DNA of 64,000 nt from Thermoanaerobaculia bacterium (GCA_963664405.1 OY761158.1:5376001-5440000), one strand, 5' to 3'. Numbered from the stretch's first letter, positions 19,286-28,502 are shown. Made by a program: numbers and translations. Notes: generated by a model from the letters alone, not told the origin.

Positions 19286-20393
19286 GGTAGTCGACAGTGC
19301 ACACATCCCAGTAGCTCTCGAGGGCGCCGGCGTCGTAGAGCTCCAGGAATCTCGGGATGCTTTGAAGCAAGACTGTGCCTCGGTGGCCGCGTTGCCGCTC
19401 TGGGTGGGGGAGGCCATAGTGGAAATAGGATCGTATGAAGAGGCTGTTATCGCCCAGCGGAAGCGAGCGCAGGTTCTCGACGTAAGAGTCGAAGCGGCCT
19501 TCGCGCAGGAGATAGAACTCGACGTTGGAGGCGTAGAAGGTAGTGACGGTCTCCCCTCGCGACTTTGCCCATGCCCCCAGCTTTCGTAGAGCGTGGGGCC
19601 CGGCCAGGTCGCCCACGACCGGCACGAGTCGACCCGAGCCCGCGAGATTCTTGACGAAGGCGAAGTCTGAGTCTGAAGCGAGAAAGTGGCTTGCCTTCTC
19701 TGTCGGGGTTCTCGCCAAGAGTAGCGAGCGATAGCTCGGGTAGTGTCGCCCCCGCGGTCGGCCGTGGCTGCGGAAGCGGAGCTCCAATTGCTCTCTGAAG
19801 TAGGCCTCGTACATCGAACGAAGACGTCCTCGATCCTCGACGGAGAGGGTGAAGAGAAGCTGCGACTCGATGTGGGTGGTGAAGGCGGCGACATTCTGCT
19901 CGAAGACATCCTGGCTCGATGGCGACGCTTCGACCGCAGCGATGACACCGTTGATGTCGGTCGCTGCCGCCGCCAGAGCTTCCTCATTCGGTGATCTCGC
20001 GAATAGCCGGCACAGGTAGTGATAGGGCGTGGACGACTGGGCGAGGACGGCATTGAGGAGGAGATGGTGGAGCAAGTTGTCGCGGCGGATGTCGACGATG
20101 AAAGCCCAGCTGGGACGAGCTCGAGCGATGTAGTTGAAGTTCTGTTCCGGCCCGACACCGATGTAGACGCCGCCGACTGCATGCACTTGGTCGATGATCT
20201 GTGCGTAGGAGCCTTCGTTCGAGACCAGATTGTCGGTGTCGAAGTAGCCGGCCGGCTCGGAGAGGGCGGCGACGAGATCGACGAGGCGCGACGGTTCCGG
20301 TTCCCGGGCCCGGCTGCCGTGTGGTGGCGCGGCGGTGAGCAGAACGGCGGCCACGAGGCCGGCGCCGAACCTCGAGGCCCTCTTGCCGTGCAC
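19263..20393 (-). CDS. Exported hypothetical protein
   Basis: Signal peptide; blocks EPAGYFDTDNLVSNE, YIGVGPEQNFNYIA, DIRRDN, FYASNVEFYL. Confidence 0.75.
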   Translation of the reverse strand: MHGKRASRFGAGLVAAVLLTAAPPHGSRAREPEPSRLVDLVAALSEPAGYFDTDNLVSNEGSYAQIIDQVHAVGGVYIGVGPEQNFNYIARARPSWAFIVDIRRDNLLHHLLLNAVLAQSSTPYHYLCRLFARSPNEEALAAAATDINGVIAAVEASPSSQDVFEQNVAAFTTHIESQLLFTLSVEDRGRLRSMYEAYFREQLELRFRSHGRPRGRHYPSYRSLLLARTPTEKASHFLASDSDFAFVKNLAGSGRLVPVVGDLAGPHALRKLGAWAKSRGETVTTFYASNVEFYLLREGRFDSYVENLRSLPLGDNSLFIRSYFHYGLPHPERQRGHRGTVLLQSIPRFLELYDAGALESYWDVCTVDYLRAPPLP

Positions 20394-20559
20394 TAGACCA
20401 GCGTTTCCAAAGTAGCGCTACATATCTCGGCCCGTTCTGCCCCGCTGGCGGCGTTGCGCCTCCTCGACATATTCCCCAATATGCCTGCGTCGGCGCGCCT
20501 TGCCAGCGAACAGAATGACCGCGAGCTATTGTAGCGCGACTTTGGAAACGCTGGTCTAG
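20393..20559 (-). repeat. Palindromic element, copy 3 (167 bp, inverted)
   Basis: CTAGACCAGCGTTTCCAAAGT ... ACTTTGGAAACGCTGGTCTAG; core in reverse orientation. Confidence 0.9.
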
Positions 20560-20579
20560 CCGTCTCCGGAGGCAACCGC

Positions 20580-21590
20580 TCAGGGGTGGCCCCCGCTACG
20601 GATCGAAGCGGAGCTTCCGGGTTGGCCAACGAAGTCGAGAATCTTTGCCGAGATGGCTTTGTCCGCACGACTCATGGCCAGGACCATGCGGCGATGGCTG
20701 TCGGTTGTAACAGCGAATAGCTCGCTGTCGGCCCCCTCTCGCGCCAAGGCCTGGTGGAGCAGGCGATTCTGGCGCGCCACAACAGGCCACTCTTTGGTGG
20801 TGTGAATGAGCAGAACGGGTGGAGCGTCGCCTTCTATCTTTGGGATCACGGATGCGAACTCACGCCAGTCGACGCCCGGAGTCTCGAGGTCAAAGCGCTT
20901 TGCCCACCAGCTTTGCGATCGGCCGCTGTCCCAACGCTCCTGATCGACGAGGTCGTAAGCGGAGCCGCTGATCAAGATAACGCCGGTGACCTCTTCGGGC
21001 TCGAGCCCGGCGCTGCGCATTTCGTCGCGATCCAGCGCCAGGCGAGCGGCCAGCCAGGCGCCGGCCGAGTGCCCGGACAGGAACACTCTTCCGTCGCCGC
21101 CGTACTCGTGCACGTGACGATGGGCCCAGCGCAGCGCAGCCGCGACGTCGTCGACCTGGTCGGGCCAACGCGCCTCCGGCTGGAGCCGATAGTTGACAAT
21201 CGCGACTCCGATGCCGCGAGCCGCATAGAAACGGCCGAGGTTGCCGTAAATGTTGTAGCCACCCACTCGCAGGTCTTTGTCGCCGTCGGTCAGAGAGCCA
21301 CCGTGAAGGAAGATGAGCAGTGGCCAACCGTCGGTGCCAGGGCGAAAGAGGTTGAGCCTGTGCTTCTCCTCGTCGGCCTCTTCGTCTGTACGGTAGGGGA
21401 GCCCGGCGACAACCTCGCCTCCGCCACTCAGCTCGGCGGGCTCGTAGAAGGGCTTGACGGCTACGCGCACTACGGCCGAGCAGCCCGAGAGAATCACCAG
21501 AGCCGCGAGCAGTTTCGCGGGCAGGAGGCTACGAGACAGCCGTCGCCTCCACCTCGACCATGGGCTCCGGAAATGCGAGCCTATTGACAC
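20580..21590 (-). CDS. Alpha/beta hydrolase (HSL-type esterase), probable lipoprotein
   Basis: HGG, NYRL, GHSAG; LSGC lipobox. Confidence 0.88.
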   Translation of the reverse strand: MSIGSHFRSPWSRWRRRLSRSLLPAKLLAALVILSGCSAVVRVAVKPFYEPAELSGGGEVVAGLPYRTDEEADEEKHRLNLFRPGTDGWPLLIFLHGGSLTDGDKDLRVGGYNIYGNLGRFYAARGIGVAIVNYRLQPEARWPDQVDDVAAALRWAHRHVHEYGGDGRVFLSGHSAGAWLAARLALDRDEMRSAGLEPEEVTGVILISGSAYDLVDQERWDSGRSQSWWAKRFDLETPGVDWREFASVIPKIEGDAPPVLLIHTTKEWPVVARQNRLLHQALAREGADSELFAVTTDSHRRMVLAMSRADKAISAKILDFVGQPGSSASIRSGGHP

Positions 21591-21706
21591 CGAGCAGAGT
21601 CTGGGGAGGATTCAAGGGTTCACCGGGGTGCGCTGCATAGGCTCTCTCCTCAGGTCAGGTGACGATCTTCTCGTTTTCCGACCAAGAAGTTTATCCCACT
21701 GAGGTT

Positions 21707-22633
21707 TCAGCTCTCGCTCGCTCCTCGCCGGTTTCGGCTTCTCCGGAGCGCGAGTATCGCGACGATCGCGGCCAGACAGACCAGGGTCGCTATCCGCGGT
21801 CGAATCTGCGCGACCTGCTCGGCGGGGCGGACGAGACCGAGGAGCTCCTGGGCTCTGCCGATCGCGAGACTGATGCGCCCCATGACAGTGTAGCCGAAGG
21901 ACGCTCCGAAGGAGAGCATGAGAATCAGAATCCCGAAGCGGCTCACCCACGGCTTATAGCGGGAAAAGGCAAGAAAGGGGGTGGCCGCCACCAGGCCGGC
22001 GCCGGCGGCTACAAAGGCAAGGGGCAGGCCGGGCAGGTCACCTGGGCGGACGAGGTAGACGGTAACGGTCGCGAGCACGAAGGCGGCGCCGGCGGCCTTG
22101 CTTCCGTGCGCGATTGCCGAAGGCGGCAGCTCGCTGAAGTAAAAGTGCGATAGGCAGGCAACGAGACCCGTGACCAGAAGCACGTCGGAGAAGAGGCCGG
22201 CGCCGTCGGCTTGCCACGACCAGAAACCATGGGTGGCGAAGCTGGTCGCCAGGTCGGGCATGCTCTGGGCGACCTGAGTCATTAGATTGGCGTTTGCCTC
22301 GCCGGTGAGCTTGACGCCAGCGTAGGCCGCGACCAGAAAAGCGATCGGCACTCGAGCGACCCAGGAACGTTTGCGACTGAGCTTGAAGAAGAGGAGAACC
22401 AGCAGAACCAGCGGAACGAAAGAGAGAAGGGTCCCTTGCGCCAGCTTGTCGATCAGATTCGGTTTGAAGACGCCGTAGTACTGCTCGACAATCCCCACCC
22501 CGACCGTGACCCCTAGGAAAGCGTGCTCCGCCAGTTTGTAGATGGGGTTGTCGTTATAGAGAAAGGAGAAGATCGCGAGGGTCAGAAAGATACTGAGCCA
22601 GGCGCCGAGGAGATCGAGAGTGGAGAGCTCCAC
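21707..22633 (-). CDS. Uncharacterised polytopic membrane protein (GlmL-like operon)
   Basis: Many TM helices; TLAIFSFLYNDNPIYKLAEH, SFGASFGYTVMGRISL. Confidence 0.85.
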   Translation of the reverse strand: MELSTLDLLGAWLSIFLTLAIFSFLYNDNPIYKLAEHAFLGVTVGVGIVEQYYGVFKPNLIDKLAQGTLLSFVPLVLLVLLFFKLSRKRSWVARVPIAFLVAAYAGVKLTGEANANLMTQVAQSMPDLATSFATHGFWSWQADGAGLFSDVLLVTGLVACLSHFYFSELPPSAIAHGSKAAGAAFVLATVTVYLVRPGDLPGLPLAFVAAGAGLVAATPFLAFSRYKPWVSRFGILILMLSFGASFGYTVMGRISLAIGRAQELLGLVRPAEQVAQIRPRIATLVCLAAIVAILALRRSRNRRGASES

Positions 22634-22634
22634 T

Positions 22635-23486
22635 TCATGCCTCCTTGTGATGGCGGGTGAGAAAGTAGGCGACGTTGCCGACGATGAGAAGAACGATGAT
22701 GAAAACGTGGCCGAGATTGAGTACGTTCACTGCCAGCGTGGCGAGCTTGCGCACTCCCTCGGGTGCCTCCTCGGGCCACACCAGCTTCTCGTATTGGGCC
22801 GACCCAGGCATGCCGGCAGCCAGCCCCACCAGCTGGCCGGCCTTGTAGAAGGGAATGTAGTCCGGTCCCGATACTGCGGTCGTAGAGGAGACCATGCGCA
22901 GATCGTGCTGGCCCTGGATCTGGAGGACGTACTCGCGAGTGCCCGGCGAGCCCGCCGAGACCAGCACCAGAAGGTCGAAGTCGCGGGCCTGCTTGAGGCC
23001 CTGCATGATCGGCAGCTCGCTCAGCGGTGCTCCTCGATAGTCCGACGGAAAGGCCTTGGTTATGTTTTCGCCGATGGCTTTGATCGCTAGCTCCTGCCCG
23101 GGTTTGTAGCCGAGGAAGGCATAGTCGGTGCCGTACTCGTAGTCGTAGCTGGGACTGACTTCGTCGAGGTAGCTGACGACAAGCGGCGGAGCGAACTCCC
23201 ACAGGCACAGCACCACGATCTTGATGTCCTGTCGCATCAGATGATGAAGGTTGGCGCGAAAAAACGGACCGATCTCCGGCAGCCCCGCGGGATCGAAGTC
23301 GGCCGAGATCAGGACTCGCGAGCCTGGCTCCAACTCTTCTATTGCGTCGTAGACCGCCCTGACTCGCTCATCGACCCTGAACGGTAGGTCGACCGGATAG
23401 AGCATTGGAATCAGGATGGCGAAACCCATGCCGAGGAAGATCCACCGGCGGTCCATTTGCAAGAAACGGAGCAGCAGTCTTCGCAT
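22635..23486 (-). CDS. Uncharacterised membrane protein with central soluble domain (GlmL-like operon)
   Basis: MDRRWIF N-terminal TM, YGTDYAFLGYKPG, GQLVGLAAGMPGSAQYE, C-terminal TM; start coupled to upstream stop (TGATG). Confidence 0.85.
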   Translation of the reverse strand: MRRLLLRFLQMDRRWIFLGMGFAILIPMLYPVDLPFRVDERVRAVYDAIEELEPGSRVLISADFDPAGLPEIGPFFRANLHHLMRQDIKIVVLCLWEFAPPLVVSYLDEVSPSYDYEYGTDYAFLGYKPGQELAIKAIGENITKAFPSDYRGAPLSELPIMQGLKQARDFDLLVLVSAGSPGTREYVLQIQGQHDLRMVSSTTAVSGPDYIPFYKAGQLVGLAAGMPGSAQYEKLVWPEEAPEGVRKLATLAVNVLNLGHVFIIVLLIVGNVAYFLTRHHKEA

Positions 23487-24124
23487 CAGTCTGCTCCCAG
23501 GTGGCTGCGCTCGAGGCCGAGAATGATGCGCAACCCGGTGGCGACGGCACCTAGAGCGGCGCCGATGAAGATGGCTCGCCTTGCCGCAATGTTCGGCACG
23601 TCCATCATCCAGTTCATGAACTGCGGCAGGCGCTCTCCGATGAAGGGCAGGTCCTCGCCGATCGGAACGCGGGCGAGCATGACGACGCACGCAGCGACCA
23701 GCAGCACTGTAGCCTCGAGATTGCGCGCGCGGAAAGCCCGAAAAGCCGCGGTGGCAATGTAGAAGGCGAGTAGAGCGAACATGGTCGCGTTGAGCGGAGT
23801 GAGAACGAAGTCGAAGAACCAACGGTAAATCTGTCCCGGCTGGCTGCGATCGGTCCCGCCCGCGAAGCCGATGACCATGGTGGCGACCAGACATACCAGC
23901 ATGACGGTCTTGTAAGCCCAATCCTTCTCACGATGCACGATCTTGGGAAGGTTGACCTGAATCATGTTGATCAGTCCGAGAACAAAGGCTCCCGCGGCCA
24001 GAATCAGCCCCCACTCGAGGATGTCCTCGGTGACGAGGTGATAGCCGTAGTGGGGGATAAAGAACTCCCCGATCATGAAAATGCCGACGACGAAAGTGAC
24101 GACGAGGGGCAGAGTTGAGCGCAT
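23486..24124 (-). CDS. Uncharacterised membrane protein (GlmL-like operon)
   Basis: About 6 TM helices; PLNATMFALLAFYIATAAFRAFRAR, AARRAIFIG, LRIILGLER. Confidence 0.85.
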   Translation of the reverse strand: MRSTLPLVVTFVVGIFMIGEFFIPHYGYHLVTEDILEWGLILAAGAFVLGLINMIQVNLPKIVHREKDWAYKTVMLVCLVATMVIGFAGGTDRSQPGQIYRWFFDFVLTPLNATMFALLAFYIATAAFRAFRARNLEATVLLVAACVVMLARVPIGEDLPFIGERLPQFMNWMMDVPNIAARRAIFIGAALGAVATGLRIILGLERSHLGAD

Positions 24125-24129
24125 AGGGG

Positions 24130-24296
24130 CTAGTGTCCTGTATCAGTGGTTCGTTGCATAAATCGCGCAGTCATTTTGGGTGCTGCCAAGGCGCTACGAC
24201 GAAGGCATATTGGGCAATATTGCTAGGAGGAGCAACGACGGCGGCGCGCAAAAGGGCCAGCGAGTTGTGGGACGAACTACTGGTACAGGACACTAG
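24130..24296 (+). repeat. Palindromic element, copy 4 (167 bp), inside an operon
   Basis: CTAGTGTCCTGTATCAGTGGTTCG ... CGAACTACTGGTACAGGACACTAG with core GGCATATTGGGCAATATTGC. Confidence 0.88.
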
Positions 24297-25546
24297 GTAC
24301 CGATGGTGAAAAGAGTTTGAAGGAAGGGGAAGCCGCAGGTGGTGAGAACCGTGCCCGCCGCGAGAGCCCAGAGGCAGATCACCTTGATCCAATCGGAGGC
24401 TTTGAGAGAGCTCACGAGACGGGGGTCGCGGCTGAGATAGGCTGAAACCGCGAACAACTCCTCACCGATGAGGGTGTAGTCACAGGCGGCGATGAAAAAG
24501 GGCAGCTGGGTGGGCTCGGCGGTTCCGGCGATCTGAATGGAGCCATTGAGAAAACCGGTCTCCGCGAGGATCAGAGATTCGGCGAAGAAGCGTCCCAGGT
24601 AGAGGTTGGTCGCGGGCTGTTCGCGAAGGATGATGCCGTTGGTCCCGGCGCAGAACGCGAACTGCTCTGAGCTGATGAAGCGGATGTCGCTACTCCTGAA
24701 GGCATCAGGATGTCCGGCCTGAAAGAAGCCGGCTCGCACCACTTCGTCGGCGACTTCGCGAACGATCGGGATCCGGCAGCAGACGATGATGTCGCTCTGA
24801 TACTCGGCGACGGTGCGGCTCACCTGGCCGAGGATGAGCATCGAGGCGATGGTTTGGATGTCTTGGAGCTCGTCGACTCCCGGCACATAGAGCACTGGTT
24901 TTCCCATTTCAGTCGCACGCCCGATGCCTTCTTCGATGGCGTCGATTCCCGGTATGCGCCGGATGCTGATCTCTCGGCCGCGGCGGGCTAGATCTGCGAA
25001 GCGTCGCATCAAGACTCCGGTCAGAAGAATCAGGCCAAGCAGCAGGAGGGAGCCTGGGCGGGTTCTGAGCCAGACGGCCCTGGGAGCCCCCGCCACAGCT
25101 GCCGAGGCGACACCTGCGGCCAGAATCTCCTGGACGCGATTGGCTCGATCCCGATCCTCGGCGGCTGTTAGATCTACATCGCTAGCACCTGCGGGAAGCT
25201 CAGTGACCACCGCCGATGGCAGGATGGAGGAGAGTGCTACGAGCCGATAAAAGTAGCTCTTCCGGGGTGGGTCGGAGCGCGGGTCTGTCGTCAGTCGGTC
25301 GGCCAGCTCGGTAGCACCTGCGGGTAGCGAATCCGTGACCACGTCCCAGGGCCCGGTCGCGCTGGGCGCGCGAAGAACCGCCCAAGCGGTCACGCCTTCT
25401 CTTGGTTGCCAGGAGAGCTCGAGCCCGAGGCCGTCAGAGTCGGCGGGCGTTCTGACCACCAGCTCGGGCGATGCTGGCTGTGACATCGCCGCCGGGGGGG
25501 CAGCCGCCGAGAGCAACAGAAGAAGGCTCCCCAGTCGTCGCCTCAT
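24293..25546 (-). CDS. FnIII-like exported domain + DUF6754-like membrane domain protein
   Basis: Signal peptide; LSW..YFYRLVA; TM; IRRIPGIDAIEEGIGRATEMGKPVLYVPG, FAESLILAE, QIAGT, QLPFF, DYTLIGEELFA. Confidence 0.82.
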   Translation of the reverse strand: MRRRLGSLLLLLSAAAPPAAMSQPASPELVVRTPADSDGLGLELSWQPREGVTAWAVLRAPSATGPWDVVTDSLPAGATELADRLTTDPRSDPPRKSYFYRLVALSSILPSAVVTELPAGASDVDLTAAEDRDRANRVQEILAAGVASAAVAGAPRAVWLRTRPGSLLLLGLILLTGVLMRRFADLARRGREISIRRIPGIDAIEEGIGRATEMGKPVLYVPGVDELQDIQTIASMLILGQVSRTVAEYQSDIIVCCRIPIVREVADEVVRAGFFQAGHPDAFRSSDIRFISSEQFAFCAGTNGIILREQPATNLYLGRFFAESLILAETGFLNGSIQIAGTAEPTQLPFFIAACDYTLIGEELFAVSAYLSRDPRLVSSLKASDWIKVICLWALAAGTVLTTCGFPFLQTLFTIGT

Positions 25547-26670
25547 CCCTCGATGCTCTCCACATTGGTGCGGGGGATCATTGCGCTTTCACCGTTGGCG
25601 AAAGCGACTTCGAGAACCCTGGCCTTGGTCTCCGACCCCAGCTCCGCCAGCTCGACCGGTAGAGACTGGACGGTGCCGATGCGCCCGAACCAGGGAGCAC
25701 GAATGCCTCGCACGGTGTCGCCAATGGAGATCCCGACCGGCTCGGGCCGGACCACCTTGGTGTCGGGGACATCCTCTCGATCGTGAGTAATGACGATCTC
25801 GGGGCGGATCACGCCGGCTCGAATCTGAGTCGCTCCGTTGAGCGAGGCACGCCGACCGTCTTTGGCTGCGAGGAGTGCGAAGGTGGCCGGAGCCATGTCG
25901 ATGCGGCCGAAGCCTTCGGTGACCATCAAGGTGAGGCCGAGATCTTCGCCGCCGGTGACCGCTACCCCGACTTCGTAGCCCAGGATCTCCTTGATCTCGT
26001 CGTAGTCGAAACCCCCGACCACGAGGCCCGCGATGCCGAGCTCGCGGCCACGCTCGACCGCCTCCAGAGTTACGTAAGAGCCGCCTACGACGATCTTGCC
26101 GGCGTGCGCCGGGCTCAAGTGGTCGGGATCGAGAACCTCCTCCGGTCCGCTTACCGCGATGGCCAACTCCCCTTTGACTTCGCCGCCGAGCCCGAAGATC
26201 CCCTGGACCAGTGTTGCCGACGCCTGGACGACGCAACCCTCGCCGGGGATGACCTCCACCACCTTGCCGTTGATGTAGGCATCGATCTCGACCGGGACCG
26301 GGCGGGCTTGGAGGATCACGGTTCCGGTAACGGAAGAGATACTCTGGATGGTGCCGGTGACCACGGCTCTGCTCTCGGAGGAGAAGAAGCCGAAGAGGCC
26401 GGAGGTGCGGCCAAGAATCTCTCCCTGCTCGACGCTGTCGTCGACCCCCTTGAGCATGTAGCTCCGAAGGCGGGTGGCGTCGACTCCGAGCTCGTTGCCG
26501 ACGTTGACGGGGAAAATTTTTCCAGGCAGCTCGGTGCGAGCCACCAGCTCGTCGGCCGTGACTCTCTGACCGACCTCGACCAGAACTTCGCCCTCGAGGG
26601 GCAGGCGCCGGTCCCGCAGCACGATACCGTGCTCGCTGACCGTAAGCCCCGGAGTGAAGATGGTGCCCAT
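25543..26670 (-). CDS. Uncharacterised soluble protein (GlmL-like operon)
   Basis: FTPGL, RRLPLEGEVLVEVGQRV, QGIFGLGGE, TEGFG, NGATQIRAGVIRPE, KOW-like C-terminus. Confidence 0.85.
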   Translation of the reverse strand: MGTIFTPGLTVSEHGIVLRDRRLPLEGEVLVEVGQRVTADELVARTELPGKIFPVNVGNELGVDATRLRSYMLKGVDDSVEQGEILGRTSGLFGFFSSESRAVVTGTIQSISSVTGTVILQARPVPVEIDAYINGKVVEVIPGEGCVVQASATLVQGIFGLGGEVKGELAIAVSGPEEVLDPDHLSPAHAGKIVVGGSYVTLEAVERGRELGIAGLVVGGFDYDEIKEILGYEVGVAVTGGEDLGLTLMVTEGFGRIDMAPATFALLAAKDGRRASLNGATQIRAGVIRPEIVITHDREDVPDTKVVRPEPVGISIGDTVRGIRAPWFGRIGTVQSLPVELAELGSETKARVLEVAFANGESAMIPRTNVESIEG

Positions 26671-28502
26671 TAGGGGCTACTCCCGTTGTCTGGGTATTCG
26701 GCCATCTCTTTCGCCCAGCGAGCGAGAAGAGGAACCCGCTCGGCTTTCTCTGCCGCAAAGCGCAGGGGGCGCCCTCGAGTGTCGACAACGATTCCGACCA
26801 CGCCGCCGCGGAGCTCGCGGCTGAGCGCCTTCCCTGGACCCGCTCCCACATCCAGACCCCGTTGCAGTGGCGTCAGGGTGGCCTGGGATCTGGTGTCGGC
26901 GGCGGCCTCGAAGCGGCGCAGCTCACCGGCGCCGAGATCTTCCTGCACCCTCTCTCCGCCGGGGAGCACGAGCTCGACCCGAAGGACGGGCGAGCCCTGT
27001 CTCACTACCCCTGAAGGCGCAACGCAGGTCCCGAGATGGACCAGACAATCGCGCTCGAAGATCTCGGTGGCGGCAGCCTCGTCGACGGTGGAGAAGACGC
27101 CGAGGTGAGGGGTCATGAAGATCGAGTCGACCGCAAGCTCGGTTACACCCTCGGGCAGGAAGGCGTCCATCATCATCCGCATCGCCTGTGACCGGCGAGG
27201 CGCGTGCGAAAGCACGCCACCGCTGCCTACGATGAGATCGAGCTCACGCATCTTGATCAGCGACTCCCCCGACTCCGACTGACTGAAGGCATCGGCGATG
27301 GTGCGCTCTTGCTGGACCCCACGCAGCGAGACCGCGAACTCTTTGTGCTGGACGAAGGCGAGACGCAGGGCCTCACGGGCGATCGCCTGCTCGATCTTCA
27401 GCGCTTCGAGAGTCTCGGGGATGGTGGTGGGTCGGATCATTTTGTTGCCGATGCTGTTTCGCAGCTCTTTCTCGTCGATCGGAAAAGGGACCCAGCGAAG
27501 GATCTCCTCGAGACCGGCCTCGGCGAGCACGTTGGAGATCGAGTAGCTCATGCCGAGATTGGCGGAGACCGTGCGATTGAAGGCTCCGTCGAAGACCGAA
27601 AAGACATCGGTGGTGGCGCCGCCGATGTCGACGCCGGCAACGTTGATCTCGCGCCGTTGGGCGATGGTCTGGATGATCAGACCCACTGCGGCTGGGGTGG
27701 GCATGATGGCGACGTCGGTCCAGGACATGAGCCGCTCATAACCTGGGGCTTGAGCCATCACATGCTCGAGAAAGAGATCGTGGATCTTCTCGCGCGCCGG
27801 GCCGAGATTCTCGGTCTCGAGCACCGGTCGCACGTTCTCGGTCAGCTGGAGATCCGAGATCCCGGCCAACAGACGCCGGATGTCGTCGCTAACCGCCCGG
27901 TTGCCGGCAAAGATGATCGGCAGATCGAAGGACCCGCCGAGTCGGGTGCGCGGCCGCGCGGCCGCGATCATCTCGGCCAGTGCGACCACGTGCTTGCGTG
28001 TGCCTCCGTCGATGCCACCGGCGAGAAGAATCATGTCGGGTCGCAGTTGGCGGATGCGCTCGATCTGCTGGTGCGGCTTGCGGACGTCGTTGATAGCGAA
28101 GGCGTCCATGACGATGGCACCAGCTCCGAGAGCAGCCCGCATCGCCGACTCGGCAGTCATCGATCGGACCACGCCCGCGACCACCAGTTGCAGCCCGCCG
28201 CCGGCTGAGGAGGTGGAGATATAGAGATCGACGCCGTCTCCGCCGGTGCTGGACTTCAGGATCCCGTCCTCGCCCACCAGGGTGCGGCCGGAGAGCTCTT
28301 CCACTTCCATCGCGGCGTTGAGCACACCGCGCGTGACGTCTTCGAACGGAGCCTCGACCGTAGTCGGCGCTTCACCGCGGTGGGTCTGATGCCACTCGCC
28401 GTCGATCTTCTCGAACAGGATCGCCTTGGTGGTTGTGCTGCCGCAGTCGGTCGCGAGCACGGTTTCGAGCTTGGGCGAGGCCGCCGTGGGCGACGGGCTC
28501 AT
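26670..28502 (-). CDS. GlmL/MutL (glutamate mutase L)-family actin-fold (ASKHA) ATPase
   Basis: DCGSTTTK (phosphate 1), TSSAGGGL, LAGGIDGG, MPTP, DIGGATTDVFS (phosphate 2), RTVSANLGMSYS, GSGGVLSHAP. Confidence 0.88.
   Translation of the reverse strand: MSPSPTAASPKLETVLATDCGSTTTKAILFEKIDGEWHQTHRGEAPTTVEAPFEDVTRGVLNAAMEVEELSGRTLVGEDGILKSSTGGDGVDLYISTSSAGGGLQLVVAGVVRSMTAESAMRAALGAGAIVMDAFAINDVRKPHQQIERIRQLRPDMILLAGGIDGGTRKHVVALAEMIAAARPRTRLGGSFDLPIIFAGNRAVSDDIRRLLAGISDLQLTENVRPVLETENLGPAREKIHDLFLEHVMAQAPGYERLMSWTDVAIMPTPAAVGLIIQTIAQRREINVAGVDIGGATTDVFSVFDGAFNRTVSANLGMSYSISNVLAEAGLEEILRWVPFPIDEKELRNSIGNKMIRPTTIPETLEALKIEQAIAREALRLAFVQHKEFAVSLRGVQQERTIADAFSQSESGESLIKMRELDLIVGSGGVLSHAPRRSQAMRMMMDAFLPEGVTELAVDSIFMTPHLGVFSTVDEAAATEIFERDCLVHLGTCVAPSGVVRQGSPVLRVELVLPGGERVQEDLGAGELRRFEAAADTRSQATLTPLQRGLDVGAGPGKALSRELRGGVVGIVVDTRGRPLRFAAEKAERVPLLARWAKEMAEYPDNGSSP

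Noticed and set aside
20393-20668. Short ORFs reading through the palindromic elements (also 7117-7599, 8708-9163, 24171-24392)
   Set aside because: The shared peptide (SSRSFCSL..AGILG..) only reflects the repeat sequence; the ORFs overlap real genes and lack consistent starts.
7160-24296. Palindromic elements as CRISPR repeats, tRNAs or attC sites
   Set aside because: Dispersed rather than arrayed, no spacers or cas genes, no cloverleaf or CCA, no RYYYAAC/GTTRRRY boxes.
21707-26670. Interpreting the membrane operon as Rnf/Nqr or an ABC transporter
   Set aside because: No Fe-S Cys clusters, no S/TGAT FMN-attachment motif and no Walker A/LSGGQ ATPase were seen.
26670-28502. Calling this a glutamate mutase locus or DNA-repair MutL
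   Set aside because: No mutase S/E subunits in the window, and the motifs are ASKHA rather than GHKL; only the family name is shared.
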